Source: Folioceros fuciformis
Lineage: Eukaryota
Direction: 5' to 3'
DNA: 35,326 nt
Assembly (NCBI GenBank): GCA_049999805.1
Contig: JBNGIO010006146.1
Location: 1-35,326, forward strand
Positions 1 to 12,535 of the stretch are shown piece after piece (positions within the stretch are counted from its first letter, which is position 1; every line of letters starts with the position of its first letter). The notes below the pieces were generated by a model. The model searched no databases, had not been told where the DNA came from, and saw only the letters and a list, made by a program, of their open reading frames with translations. The translations under genes were made by a program, and so were the position numbers.

Positions 1-3000
1 TGCGTTTGCCCAAGGTCATGTAAAAAAGACCGCTCCCATTCCACTTCCTTAGTAGCATCAGTAAGGGATTTGTATTCGGCTTCAGTGCTTGACAGGGCTA
101 TACTGGTCTGCTTTTTGCAGCTCCAGTTGATAGAAGCTTGGGCGAGGAGGAAAGTATAGGTGGACAAACTCTTACGGGAATCACTATCCGAGGCCCAATC
201 AACATCAGTATACCCTTCAAGAGTGAGCTGAGGGGTCTAGTGTGCTCCTCGTCTATAGCAGAGTCCAATGTAGGGCGAGCCTTTGAGGTAACGAAAAATA
301 CGTTTTACAGCAGTCCAGTGAGCACGACCAGGGTTATCTAAGAATTGGGACACTGTACTAATGGAATGTTGGATATTAGGGCGCGTCTAGTTGCTGACGA
401 AAAGCAAGCAGCCAACAGCTTGTCGATAGGGGACATCTTGCATGTCCAAGCGGTCAGCATCTGTGATAGGACACTCATATCGGGTAAGTTTAGCTCCTAC
501 AGAGCCTGGAGTAGAAGAGGGATGAGCTTGTCCCATGTTGAATTTGTGTAAGATCTTAGCAACATATTTGTGTTGATGGATAATGAGAAGCTCCTCTAAT
601 CGAACTCGAAGCACTTGTATCCCTAGGCAGAAAATTAGATCACCACTATCTGTCATTTCAAATGTTTTTCTCAACATATCCTTTACGTGTGACAGGATAA
701 GAGGGTTACTAGTAGCAAGGATCACGTCATTCACGTAGAGAGCTAGGATGACATAGGTGGTGCCCTCTCGGAAGATGTACACATTGGAGTCAGCTTTGCA
801 CTGTTCAAAACCCAAGGTTTTCAGGGCTGTGTCACACCTCTTATACCAGAGTGTTCTGCACTCTGTTTTAAGCCATACAGGCACTTGATGAGTAAGCAAA
901 CATGATCTAGGTGTGCAGGATCAATGTAACCTTCTGGCTGCTCCATGTACAACTCCTCCTCAAGAATCCCATGGAGGAAAGCCGTGCAGACATCCATATG
1001 CTACAATTCCAGGTCGTACTCAGCAGCTAGGGCCAAAATAATGCGGATGGACTGAGCATGCACTACTGGAGAAAAAGTCTCGTGGTAATCTAAACCAGCG
1101 ACTTGGGTAAACCTCCTAGCACACAACCTTGCTTTGTAATGCTCTATGTGCCCGTTAGCATTCAACTTGTGTTTAAACACCCATTTACAGGTGATAGCCT
1201 TTCTGTTTACAGGTCGAGGAACTAGACGCCAAGTGCCATTTTTGATGAGGCTATTATACTCATCATCAACAGCAAATTGCCATTTTGTTTTATCTGGGCC
1301 TGTCAAGGCCTCTGTAAGAGTAGCTGGCTCCAGAGGAACTGCAGGAGGAGAGGAGACAGTTGAAGTTGTGGGTTGTCGGAAGTCTACATTGGTATATGGG
1401 GGTTCCCTCCAGTCGGAAGGCAGAGGTCTGTGACGAGAAGAGCGACGAAGTCCAGCATCTTCATTTCGAGAAGAGTCACAGGCAATAGCAGGGGTAGGTA
1501 TAGTCACGTCATCCACAGATGGTAAATTGTCTGGGGCATTTTCAATGTCTATATCTGCCTCTGCAAATAGGCCATTGAATCCTAATGGATCAGGACCTAT
1601 AACTCGTTCTTCTGTTGCAACGGGGTGTGCAAGGTCGTGGTCCTCATCAGCAACAGGTAGATGCTGAGCAGGGTGGACACCAGCAAGTTCATAGTTAGGT
1701 TGGTCCTGGTTCCCTGCTAGGAGATCAAGGATAGTAGGCCCGTCAGCATCCTTAGGATATAAGGACAGAAGACCTATGGACCCTTCTAAAGCATTGGCTT
1801 CTTCTACAGTGGATGGTCGTTCAAAAGAGTCATGCTGAATAGCAACATGTGTAGATTGCAGAGACTCCATGAAAGTAACGCTCCGTGCCAGAACTAGTTG
1901 TAGAGTTGTAGGATCAATAAGCTTGTAGGCTTTTACGGTTTCACTATAGCCAACAAAGACTAATGCTCTTGATTGGTTGTCTAATTTCCTACGTGTTTCT
2001 GCAGGAACATAGGCATAGGCTTTTGAGCCAAAGATTCTGAGATGAAGAAGGCTGGGCTTCCTCTTCCAGAAAATCTCAAAAGGAGTTCTAGCAGCAAGAG
2101 AACTTGTTGGTAGTCTGTTGAGGATATAAGTGGCAGTGACTACAGCTTCTGCCCAGTACGGCGAAGGAAGGCCAGACCACAACAACATGGCACGCATCAT
2201 TCCCATCAAGGTTTGGTTTTTGCGTTTGGCAACACCATTTTGCTGCTGCGTATAGGGCACAATTAGTTGGTGAATGATGCCCTGTTCAGAGAATAAGTTA
2301 GAGAATGATTGATTAACAAATTTTGTGCCATTATCAGATCGGAAAATTTTGAGCAAACAGCCTGTTTGTCGCTGTGCAGTAATAAGCCAGTCTTGAAACA
2401 AAGCAAAGGTTTCATTCTTTCTTTTCATAGGAAAGGTTCAAGTAAACTTGCTGTAATCATCTGTGATGGTAAGGTAGTAATTTGCCCCCCCAAGTGAAGA
2501 AACCTGAAGGCGGCCAGAAATATCAGCATGTACCAGGTCAAGGTGCTGTGAAGATCGATGAGCTGGAGTTCTGGGAAACGGGAGTTCCTTCTGCTTGACT
2601 AGGGCACAAGTCTCACAAAGTGGCAACTCCTTCAAACTTTTAGGTAAGGGCTCACGATAGCTACCTTCTTTGCTGAGGGATGCCAAGGTCTGTTTATTAA
2701 CATGACCCAACCGAGCATGCCAGAGAATAGAGTGTTGGACAACCGTCAGGTTGCCTACACTTGTAGAATAGGCATGAGTCCGACTGCCAGGAAGACAAGT
2801 AAATTCTAAACGATATAGGTCATCCTCTGGTAGTGCTTGAAAAACATAAGTAGAGGGAGAATCTGGCCTAATAAAAAAGCACGATCCATCATGAGCTGTC
2901 AACTGGAAATCATGTCGCTTGAGTAACCGACTCAAGGACAGCAGGTTCTTTGCCATTCTGGGGACATACAGAACATCTGCTAGGGTTAAGGTAGAGCCAT

Positions 3001-4204
3001 CAATAAGTCTAAAATTGCAGGAACCTTGGCCTAGAATTTGCAGACTGGTGGAATTTTTCTCATCCCCTAGATACACCCTATCAACGTCAGAAGTAGGGGT
3101 AAGGGATGTAAACAGAGATTCATCCCGACAAATATGGGCAGTGGCCCCAGAATTCAGGTACCAAGCTACCTTGTCACCTGCTAAGGTTGAAAGACAAACT
3201 GTTAATATTCTAACTATTGGCTTGTGGGATTCTGCAGGCTTGTCCCTAACTACAACATTAGTAGTAGGTCGAGATGGTTTACGAGGCTCTCCAGCCTTTT
3301 TCTTCCTACACTCATTGGCCCAATGGCCAGGTTTACCGCACCAGTTACAATTACCAGGGCGTTTGGAGGATGGACCAACATGACTGCGTTGTCCTTCATG
3401 GCGGGGACCCTGGTAGAAGCCCTGTTGTTGTGGTATCTGCATTCTTCCTCTTTGTGCCCCTTGTCCACGGGAAGCAGTCAGGACTCTGTCAGCTTTGGTT
3501 TTCCCAGACCCTGACAAGAGCCTACTTTGCTCTTCCTGGAAGAGAGCCCCAATCACCTCGTCTAAGGTGAGAGTAATTTGGCGTCCTGCAACTCCGGCAG
3601 CCCTAGCCTGTCGGATGGGGACATTATGTGCAGATACAAAGTTCTGGTAACTGGGCGGAAGGCTGGTGAGCAATTGTGCAATCACGTCCACCTTGTCCAT
3701 CACTGTACCAAGAGAGGTAAGTTGTGCTCTAAGGTGTCTAAGCTTGCTGGTGTGAGCAAGTACTTTGTCCCCTTCTCGCATTTTAAGTACATAGAACTCC
3801 ATACGCAAAGTACAGAGTGCAAGGACATTGTTTATCCGATACTGACCTTCCAACTGTGCCCAGATTTCACTGACCTTAGTGAGAAATTCGATTTGTGGAA
3901 TAAGATCCTCAGTTAGGCCAGAGACAAGGAGAGCAATTTCAATGCTATTCACATGAGCCCACTTATCTCTTTCTCCTGTGAGGGCTTTAACAGGAGGCTC
4001 TGGAATAGATCCATCTACTACTCCCCAAACTCCTCTAGCTAACAGAGTAGATTTTATGCGAACTCTCCACACCTCGTATTTCTAGCCATTAAACCTGTCA
4101 TTTTCTTTTAATTCGGAAGTGAAGACAGGGTGGTAGCCAGTTAGGGGTGCAGGAGGTGATGGAGGTGATGGAGGTGATGGAGGAGGTGGGTTAATGCTAG
4201 TCAT
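1..4204 (-). pseudogene. gag-pol polyprotein of copia A, disrupted
   Basis: ORF pieces 2438-4072, 1001-2428 and 387-899 are separated by stops or frameshifts. Catalytic residues are altered: DSGA>NSGA, GVAER>GVAKR, YVDD>YVND. Confidence 0.92.
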
Positions 4205-4364
4205 GGTAGTAGGATAACTTGGGCCTGTGTTAAGGGCTAACTGGTCAGCACCGAAGAGATTGACTAATCAAGATATCTGCCTGTGCAGGAGAAATGAACA
4301 GGCATTGACTAAGAGAGAGAGGCATCAACAAGACACCAAGAGACATGGAAGCACCGAAACGGTA

Positions 4365-4481
4365 CCCTAACTTCCAAGGGGTCTACCGGTTCACAGGATT
4401 TGGAAATCCATGTGAAAAACCCTAACTGCCAAGGGGTACACCGGTTCACATGAGTTCAACATTCATGTGAAAACCCTAACT
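4365..4481. repeat. ~55-bp imperfect tandem repeat (about 2 copies) in the copia A leader
   Basis: ccctaact.ccaaggggt..accggttcaca and catgtgaaaa(a)ccctaact each occur twice and contain the AAACCCTAA motif. Confidence 0.75.
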
Positions 4482-5314
4482 CGTTTGTGCATCCGACTTT
4501 CTAGGAGTTGGCTACAGGGTTGGAAGATACAATCCCATGGCTGGCTGCACCATGGACAAGGGTTCAGGATAATCCAATTGCTGGAATTCCCTGAGAAGAA
4601 ACTCCTGGCGCGCACAAATCTAACTCAGTTGTTTACTAATCTGATCAATTGACTCAGTTGAATTTTGTTGCATGATTTGTGCATCCTACATAAGAAGCAC
4701 ATTAGTCAACTGTTAATGCGCCAAAGCAGGTAGTCTTTTTCTACACCATCACGCAATTTGTGAATTCCTGATATAATAGATCCCTGATGTAATTCAGGTA
4801 AATTGGGCTGATATGAGTGCCGTTTTTGTGCAGATATATCTACAGGGTTACGGCGACTACGCCTACGATGAGGCATGCTGTAGAAAAAGTGCAACAATCA
4901 TATCTGAAGTTATTCAAACATTGTAACTGACAATTGTGTGTATGAGGAGCAATGTGGGCTTGAGCATAGTTCCAAAATTATTTAGAAATAATTGTGTGAC
5001 TTTGCTAAAGTCCCTATTGTTCTTCCTCTACAACAGTGTCAGCTTTTGTTCTCTTAGTAAAATTAATTAATAATTGGAATTACTGAGATTCCAAATATGA
5101 TTTGGTAGAGAATCTCTCATGCTCTTACGCAGCGGAATTTAGAAGGATCGAAGGTTTAGAAGGATCGAAGGTTGAAAAACAATCTTGTCCAGAATCTGAG
5201 GTCCAACCTTTGTAAAGATTTAATGGCAACATAGTCAGAGTTGCCATCAAATGTGATGATGCTAGTACATGAATGAGTCTGGTTATCATTCACACATAAT
5301 CATAAAGAGCCTTC

Positions 5315-5326
5315 GCTCTGATACCA
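5315..5326 (-). promoter_or_regulatory. Primer-binding site (initiator tRNA-Met) of copia A
   Basis: The reverse complement is TGGTATCAGAGC, directly next to the LTR end ...GTCA. Confidence 0.93.
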
Positions 5327-5524
5327 TGACATAAATGGAGAGCAGGAGAGATGATAAATCATAAGGCAATAATTAACAATAATAATACAAAGTAATGGAA
5401 AGAGTGCATATTATCTATGCTAGGCACCTCTTCGCTAAAGTGACCTTTCATTAATTAAACTAAACTTAACTAACCACAACTAATCGGGGGTAAACCCTAA
5501 GCGAGTGAGGTTACCCCGTGAACA
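5327..5524 (-). repeat. Putative 5' LTR of copia A (~198 bp)
   Basis: Reads TGTT...GTCA on the minus strand. It is bounded by the PBS on one side and by the abrupt break in copia B integrase coding sequence on the other. The partner LTR is outside the window. Confidence 0.7.
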
Positions 5525-7676
5525 GGAGTTGCTCCTACTGTTTTGGGAGGATCTAAAACTCCATCAAAAACAACATCTCCACTAAAGATGATTTTCTTGG
5601 TAGAAGGGTTTTATAACTGATACCCTGTACCTCATTGGAGTATCCAAGCATGATGCATTGTATGCCTTTAGGATCCCATTTGGTTCAATTTTGCTTCGGA
5701 ACATGAGCATAGACTACAAAACCAAAAATCCTAAAGTGATTGACAGTAGGTTTGATGCCATACCACGCCTCCTCCAATGTCATTCCAAGCACAACCTTAG
5801 TTGGAACTCTGTTCAAAATGTAAGTGGTTGTAACAGCAGCCTCTCCCCAAAAACATACTTCCAATGCATTATGATGGAGCATGCATTTTTGCCGTTTCCA
5901 CCAGACTTCTCAGCTTGTGCTCTGCTACCTCATTTTACTGTGGCGTATGAGTTATCATGAATTGTCTTCGAATGCCACACTCCTTGCAAAATCTTTTAAA
6001 TTGAGAAGAGATGTACTCTTCTCCATTGTCCTCAAAGTCTTTAAGCATTCTCCACTCTCCTTTTCAACCAAGACCTTCCATGTCTTGAATGTGTTGAAAA
6101 CCTCGGACTTCTCCTTCAAGAGATATGTCCAACTCCTTCTTATCAAGTCATCCACGAAGACTAGAATGTAGCATGATCCACAATGAGTAGGATTCTTCAT
6201 GGGTCCACACACTTCAGTGTGTACAAGCTCCAGCTTCTTACTAGCTCGACAAGCCCTGATCTTAGGGAACTGAGAGCGATGAAGCTTGCCCATGATACAA
6301 CCTTTACAAGGTTGATTATCACTTGTGCCCTTAACATCCAAACGTAAACCCTTAACCAAATTCTGGGACTGCATCAATTTAAGAGTATCAATGCTAGTAT
6401 GGCCCGGATGTTGATGCCAAAGACTTAAAGATCCTTGGCTGGGAGGTGAACTTGACATAGTTGTGTGAACTTCTTCATCTCCTATAGAAGCACACAACTT
6501 GTAGAGATTGCCTTACCAAATACCTCTAACTATCACCTTAACATTAGGTGATTCGGGTTGCTCGGGTTGGATGCGACATCCTTTGGGATTGAGCACAATC
6601 TCAGTTCCTTGGTCCGTAATTCTAGCTATAGAAAGAAGATTTTTGGCAAGACCTAGTACAAGGTGTACATCCTTTATAGTGCCTTTGGACTCTTCACATG
6701 GTAGTTTTACCTTCATGACATCTTTCCCTTTGATCTCGTGTAATGTGTTGTCACCAAGCGCCACCTTATGCCTTGACGACATTTCTTTGTAGCTTGAGAT
6801 CTAGCAGTTGTAGGTAAAGTGTTGAGATGCTCTAGAGTCTAGGTATAGACTCTTATCTTTCCTTAATGAGCGTTCTCTCACTCTCTCTATTGTTGAAGTA
6901 GAAAAAAGATTTTCTTCCCACTCACTCACTTGATTGGCTTGTGACTGTTTTCCCTTCTTCAAGTCATCCAATCTTGTCCTATAGTCTTTTGTGTAGTGAT
7001 TAGGTTTCTTACATTAATGGCAAGTACCCCATGTCTTTTTCTTTGTAACTTTCTACTTCGATCCTTCGCTGGAGTTGTCATGTGGGGTATTCTCTTGTGA
7101 CTTTCCTTTCCTTGAAAAAATTACCGAGTCACCATTGTGTTCATTCTTGAATGAATTCACCAGCTCCTCTTGTAGAAGCAACCCAACCACCTCTTCTATC
7201 GTTGCTTGTTTATCACTTGAATGCATCGCTGCCGATGTCCTGAAAGACAACACAAATTGCGTGTACACAGATGGTAAACTATTCAACAACACCATAATAA
7301 TCCTTTCTTCGGAAGGTTTGATGTCTGCTGCTTGCATTTGATCAACCAAGTTCTTCAACTTGTTGACGTGCTGTTGAATCGTGTCCCCTTCAACCATCTT
7401 GAAGTTGAACAATTGTTCCTCCAACAACATCTCACTCACCATACTTCTTTTTTCGTACATACAGTAAAGGGTAGTTCATGCCTTCTTTGATGTTGCAAGA
7501 GGGTTTTGCACACTCACTCCGTTGAGAGAGTATGTCAACAGACACATTAAGAAGGATTGTAGCTAATACTCGTCCATCCTTATTAAGGTCTCCTTTGGTG
7601 AGTGTGTCTTTGAGGCCCTTGTCGACGAATTTCCATACTCCTCTCTTAATGAGAAGCATCTTCATCTTCAACTTCA
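5525..7676 (-). mobile_element. Ty1/copia element B, heavily decayed gag-protease-integrase fragment
   Basis: Gag KLKMKMLLIKRGVWKFVD and LFNFKMVEGDTIQQHVNK; protease region YLDSRASQH (~6820-6850); integrase KKLELVHTEVCGPM, FWGEAAVTTTYILNRVP and KKIIFSGDVVFD. Many stops and frameshifts. Interrupted at both ends by other LTR termini. Confidence 0.92.
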
Positions 7677-7695
7677 TGTTGAGGGTATTTAACCC

Positions 7696-8038
7696 TATAG
7701 GGTTATTAAAGCCCAATGTGCTTAGACTAATGTGATTAGTCTAATTAAACTAATGTGATAAGTTTAATTAGACTAATGTAATTAGTCTAAGATTAGTGTC
7801 TAATTAAGTATCATTAGTTTAGATTAGCTTAAGCTAATCTTTAGGAAGCTTCCTGCATAGCTTCTTGTGAGCTTCTTGTGAAGCTTCCTGGGGAGCTTTT
7901 CTAGAGGGTATAAATACCCTCTTCAGCTCCCTTTGCAATAGAGCTGTGAGAGACACTGTGAGACCTCTCTTTCTCCTCTCCTCCTCTCCTCTCCTCTCCT
8001 CTTCTCCTTCATCATGTGGCTCCCTTTCCGATCCTTAA
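7696..8038 (+). repeat. 5' LTR of copia C
   Basis: Aligns end to end with the LTR at 34654-34946. TATAAATA at 7909-7916 and a (CTCCT)n tract. Termini read TA...AA versus TG...CA in the other copy. Confidence 0.9.
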
Positions 8039-8040
8039 AC

Positions 8041-8052
8041 TGGTATCAGAGC
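8041..8052 (+). promoter_or_regulatory. Primer-binding site (initiator tRNA-Met) of copia C
   Basis: TGGTATCAGAGC lies 2 nt after the LTR end. Confidence 0.95.
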
Positions 8053-8628
8053 ACAGGTTGTGGAGCTAGGACCGTGGAGCAGAGGGTGAGGGCAGGTGAT
8101 GTGGACGAGGTGCACCGAGGCATGAGGAAGGCTCCGGAGTGAAGGTAGAATCCCGGTGGCCGTTTGAGGCCACCTGCTGCTCGCAGTGCAGGAGGCTCCA
8201 ACCGTGCCTTGCTCAGGCTGTGGCAACGATAGCGGCATCGCGAGGCGCCGTGCCAGGCCGCGGGCGAAGGCGATGTGGGCGCACTAGAGCGCCGCAGCAA
8301 GCGCGTGCGGAAGGCGCCAGACCGCGGGGGCGCCGCCACGGGCACAACGGGCTCGGACACCGTGGGCACCGCTGACACCAGTCATGAACGTGGGTGTCGT
8401 GCGCAATAGGTTAGGACGTGGGCGTGGTCGAATTCAGACAGGAGCGACTGAATTCTGGCCGCAGACGGTCGAGTTAATCTTGTAGCGCCAAGAGGGCCAG
8501 AATCAGACTTTGGCCCATCGTGTCGGCCTAAATTGTGGACAGTCATGAGGGTAACTTTCAGAATCTACATTACATTTTCAATCGTTTTCTAACTAGCCTT
8601 TTTACTTGATTTGTATTGATTTTGAAAT

Positions 8629-11600
8629 ATGGCTTCCTCAAAAAACGTCATGTTCAACATAAAGAAGTTAGATGGTACTAACTTCCCGTTCTGGAAAGAA
8701 CAAATCTGTTCTAGCGCAGAAGAAGTAGATCAAGCTGATAAAGTTGCTAGGAGTGAAACCCATTAGCATGACTTAGGATGAGTGGCAAAATCTAGATGAG
8801 CTTGCTAGGTCTACCATCATGCTAACATTGTCGAAGTCGGTCTACTTCAACGTGAAAGACAAGACCACAAGTTACGAGCTATGGCAGAAGTTGTGTGACC
8901 TGTATGAGAAGCAAAGTGCGGCTTCTCAAGTGTACTGGTTGAAACAGCTGGTAGACTTGAAGATGAAGGAAGGGACGAGGATGTTCGATCATCTGAATGA
9001 GTTCAATACCATTTTCAGCCAGCTCTCAGCTCAAGGTATCTCATTCCCAGATTCCGTGAGAGCTATGTTTTTGTTGGTCACATTACCAGAGAGGTGGGAC
9101 ACCTTTCGTACCGCTTTGAGTAATTCCACTCTTGCCAATGGTCTTACCATTGTAAATGTAGAAGGTAGCCTATTAACAGAGGAGGTGAACAGGAAGAACA
9201 TGGAACCTTCGAAAGGTTCCAATGCCCTCATGGTGAGAGGAAGGTCCACTTCAAAGAGGAAGTACAAGGAGCGAAGTCTTTCCCGTAGTAAGTCTCGTAG
9301 TCGTAACAATGTTGAATGTTATCATTGTCACAAGAAGGGTCATATCAGAAGGGACTGCGAGAAGTTCAAGAAGGACAAAGAAAAGGAAAAGAAGCAGAGC
9401 GACAACAAGGCGATCTCAAGTACCAAGCCTAACAAGGTGAATTATGTTGACGATGGAGATGTTCTTATCTCTTCTTCCTTTGATTCTGCACAACTGACAG
9501 CCGTGGATGGTCATTTATTCTCTAATTGGATAATTGACTCTGGAGCATCTTTCCATGTTACTCCGCATAGGGAGTGGTTTAGCACTTATGATGCTACTAG
9601 GAAAGGATGTGTTCGGCTTGGAAATAACTACGCGTGCGAGATTGTAGGCGTTGGTGATGTGCAGCTGAAGTTCCACAATGGATCTTCATTCACATTGAAG
9701 GATGTTTGGCATGTTCCGAAGTTGACAAAAAGCATGATTAGCGCAGGACAGTTGGATGATGCTGGCTACCACTGTTGGTTTGGAGATAATTCTTGGAAGG
9801 TCTCCAAAGGTTCTCTTGTGTTAGCTCGTGGATCGAAGTGTGGCACTTTGTACTCACTTCAGGTAACCACTGTCAAGGATCATATGATTTGTGTAATGGA
9901 ACAGCCAAGTGTTTCCTTATGGCATAGTCGGTTAGGACATATGTCTCAAAAAGGAATGAAGATCTTATCTCGTTTTGGTTACGTCCCTGCTTTTGACTTC
10001 TCCCATTTCTCCGTGTGTGAGCACTATTTGTATGGGAAACAGACGAAGTCACCACATGGAGCAAGAGGTAAACACAAAAGTAAACCTCTTGAGTTGGTTC
10101 ACAGTGACGTTTGTGGACCTATGCCCACTATATCGTTAGGCGGTGCACCTTATTTTGTCACTTTCGTTGATGACTTCTCACGCACGGTGTGGGTTTATCC
10201 TTTGAGAAAAAAGGATGATGTCCTGACAGTGTTTCAGAAGTTCGTCACCCTTGTGGAGAATCAGTTTGGCCTCCGACTGAAGTGTCTGAGGACAGACAAT
10301 GGGGGAGAGTATGTCTTGAAGGCTTTCCAGTCATTCTGTGATTCCAAGGGAATCAAGAGAGAATTGACTACGCCGTATACTCCTCCCCAGAATGGTGTGG
10401 CTGAACGGATGAACAAGACCATCCAGGAGAGGATGTGTAGTTTATTGTCAAACTCTGGATTGCCTAACGGATTTTGGGCAGAAGCAGTGGTTACTGTGGT
10501 GCATCTTATTAACAGATCTCCTAATAGGGCTGTGGATGAACAAGTTCCAGAGGAGATGTGGTCTAGAAAGAAGCCATCATACAAGCATCTACGAGTGTTT
10601 GGCTGCGAGGCATACTACCATGTTCCTAAGGAGTTTCGGGACAACCGGGAAGTCCAAGAACCCAAGTCCAAGAAATGTATTTTTCTTGGCTATGGTGAAT
10701 CTGGTGAGATGAGATAGCGTTTGTGGGATCTAGAGGCCAAGAGGATGATTCATAACAATGACGTGTTCTTCAATGAGACCAAGATGCACAAGAAGCCTAC
10801 TCCAACTGTGGAGGTGCGACGGGTGGTCTTCCAAGAAGATGGACTTGACTGTCCTGCGCAGGTTGAACGTCGTGATGTGCAGGAACAAGTTCCTCCACTT
10901 GTACAAGAGGAGAGAGTGCAACCAGCTCCGGTCGAGGCGCCATTGCTTCGTAGGTCAGGAAGGATCTCACGTCCTCCTGACAGGTATGTTGCATCTCTTG
11001 ATTATGTCATGCTGACGTGGGGAGCCCTCTTGTTACCAAGAGGCCATATCAGTGACTGACAAAGACAAGTGGGAGAAGGCGATGCAGTCGCAGATGGATT
11101 CGCTCCACAAGAACCAAACTTGGGAGTTGATTCGGTTGCCTAAGGGCAAGAAGGCGTTGCCATGCAAATGACTGTATAAGATGAAGGACATACCCCATTA
11201 TGGCAAACCCAAGTACAAGTAACGATTGGTTGCGAAGGGTTTTAAGCAACAACAAGGTATTGACTTTGATGAGATTTTCTCACCAGTTGTCAAAATGACC
11301 ACCTTGCGATGTGTTCTTGGTCTGATTGCGAGGCTCGACATAGAACTTGTCCAGATGGATGAAAAGTCGGCATTTTTGCATGGTGATCTCCAGGTAGAGG
11401 TATACATGCAGCAACCAGAGGGTTTCATTGAGAAGTGCAAAGAGAATCTGGTGTGCAGGTTAAAGAAGAGCCTTTATAGTCTGAAGCAGGCACCCAGGGA
11501 GTGGTATTTCAAGTTCCACTCATTTATGCTTTCTCAAGGCTATAAGCGTAGCGATGAGGATCATTGCCAGGCACTATACGAAGCAAGCTAAGGATGGAAG

Positions 11601-12186
11601 CTTGCTCATTCTGGTCCTCTATGTGGATGATATGCTAATTGCTGGGACTAACAATGATGAGATTTCAACTCAGACTAAATACATTAACAAGGTGCTTCAA
11701 CATTTCAATATGGAGAAGGGGAAGGTATTAAGTACTCCATTGCCTCCATATGTGAAACTATCGAGCAAGGATTGCCCAAGCTCTGTGGAGGACAAAGCTG
11801 AAATGGAGAAGGTTCCATACTCATCAGCTGTAGGAAGTTTGATGTATGCAATGATTGCTACACATCCTGACATTGCCTTTGTAGTGGGAGTGGTTAGCAG
11901 GTTTATGTCAAACCCTGGCCAGGAAGCATTGGGAGGCAATGAAAGGAGTTATGAGGTACTTGAATGGTACGAAAGCTTTGTGATTATGTTTCGGTAGTGA
12001 AGATGCATCTGTCGTGGGATATACGGATGCTGATTATGCAGGGGATATGGACAAAAGGAGGTCCACATCAGGTTACGTCTTCATGTGCACAGGAGGGGCA
12101 GTCTCATGGCGATCTCGTTTGCAATCATGCGTAACGCTATCTACCACAGAGGCCGAGTATGTTGCAACGATAGAGGCATTGAAGTT
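8629..12186 (+). pseudogene. gag-pol polyprotein of copia C, disrupted
   Basis: Main ORF 8819-10717 plus fragments 10721-11059, 11226-11591, 11554-11997 and 12014-12196. An internal RT deletion near 11665 joins NNDEI directly to STQTKYINK, so the MKDLG segment is absent. Confidence 0.92.
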
Positions 12187-12535
12187 CCAAGCCTAACGAG
12201 GTGAATTCTGTTGACGAATTCTGATGGAGATGTTCTTATCTCTTCTTCCTTTGATTCTGCACAACTGACAGCCGTAAATAAATGAATCCATCTCCATTGT
12301 CAACAGAATTCGCCTCATTAGGCTTGCTACTGGAGCTCGCCTTATTGCCGCTCTGCTTCTTTTCCTTTTCTTTGTCCTTCTTGAACTTCTCGCAGTCCCT
12401 TCTGATATGACCCTTCTTGTGACAATGATAACATTCATTGGGTTTGTCTTTGAGGCCCTTGTCGACGAATTTCCATACTCGTCTCTTAATGAGAAGCATC
12501 TTCATCTTCAACTTCATGTTGAGGGTATTTAACCC
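12187..12535. repeat. Patchwork junction: direct copy of 9423-9504, inverted copy of 9313-9461, direct copy of 7605-7695
   Basis: Direct sequence comparison gives 12187-12275 ~ 9423-9504, 12289-12437 ~ reverse complement of 9313-9461, and 12445-12535 = 7605-7695 with one mismatch. Confidence 0.9.

Larger units (their letters stand above)
1..5524 (-). mobile_element. Ty1/copia LTR retrotransposon A, decayed; 3' end runs off the window start
   Basis: Domain order on the minus strand is gag (ATG 4204, in-frame TAG 4082-4084), zinc knuckle CNWCGKPGHWANEC, protease WYLNSGATAH, integrase (HARLGH..CETC, RSDNG), RT (KARLCARRFTQ, LYVNDVIL) and RNase H (IALSSTEAEY, ~60-110). It also has a PBS and a 5' LTR. 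Integrase before RT is the copia order. Confidence 0.95.
7696..12186 (+). mobile_element. Ty1/copia element C (Tnt1-like motifs), 3'-truncated inside RNase H
   Basis: 5' LTR 7696-8038, PBS 8041-8052, GC-rich leader and gag ATG 8629. Motifs: CYHCHKKGHIRRDC, WIIDSGASFH, integrase HSDVCG/RTDNGGEY/NGVAERMN, RT LYVDDMLI and RNase H YTDADYAGD..TTEAEY. No PPT or 3' LTR. Confidence 0.95.

Noticed and set aside
8035-8378. Ala/Arg/Pro-rich ORFs in the GC-rich LTR leaders (also 34870-35207)
   Set aside because: Expected from stop-codon scarcity in GC-rich DNA, and not conserved between the two leaders.
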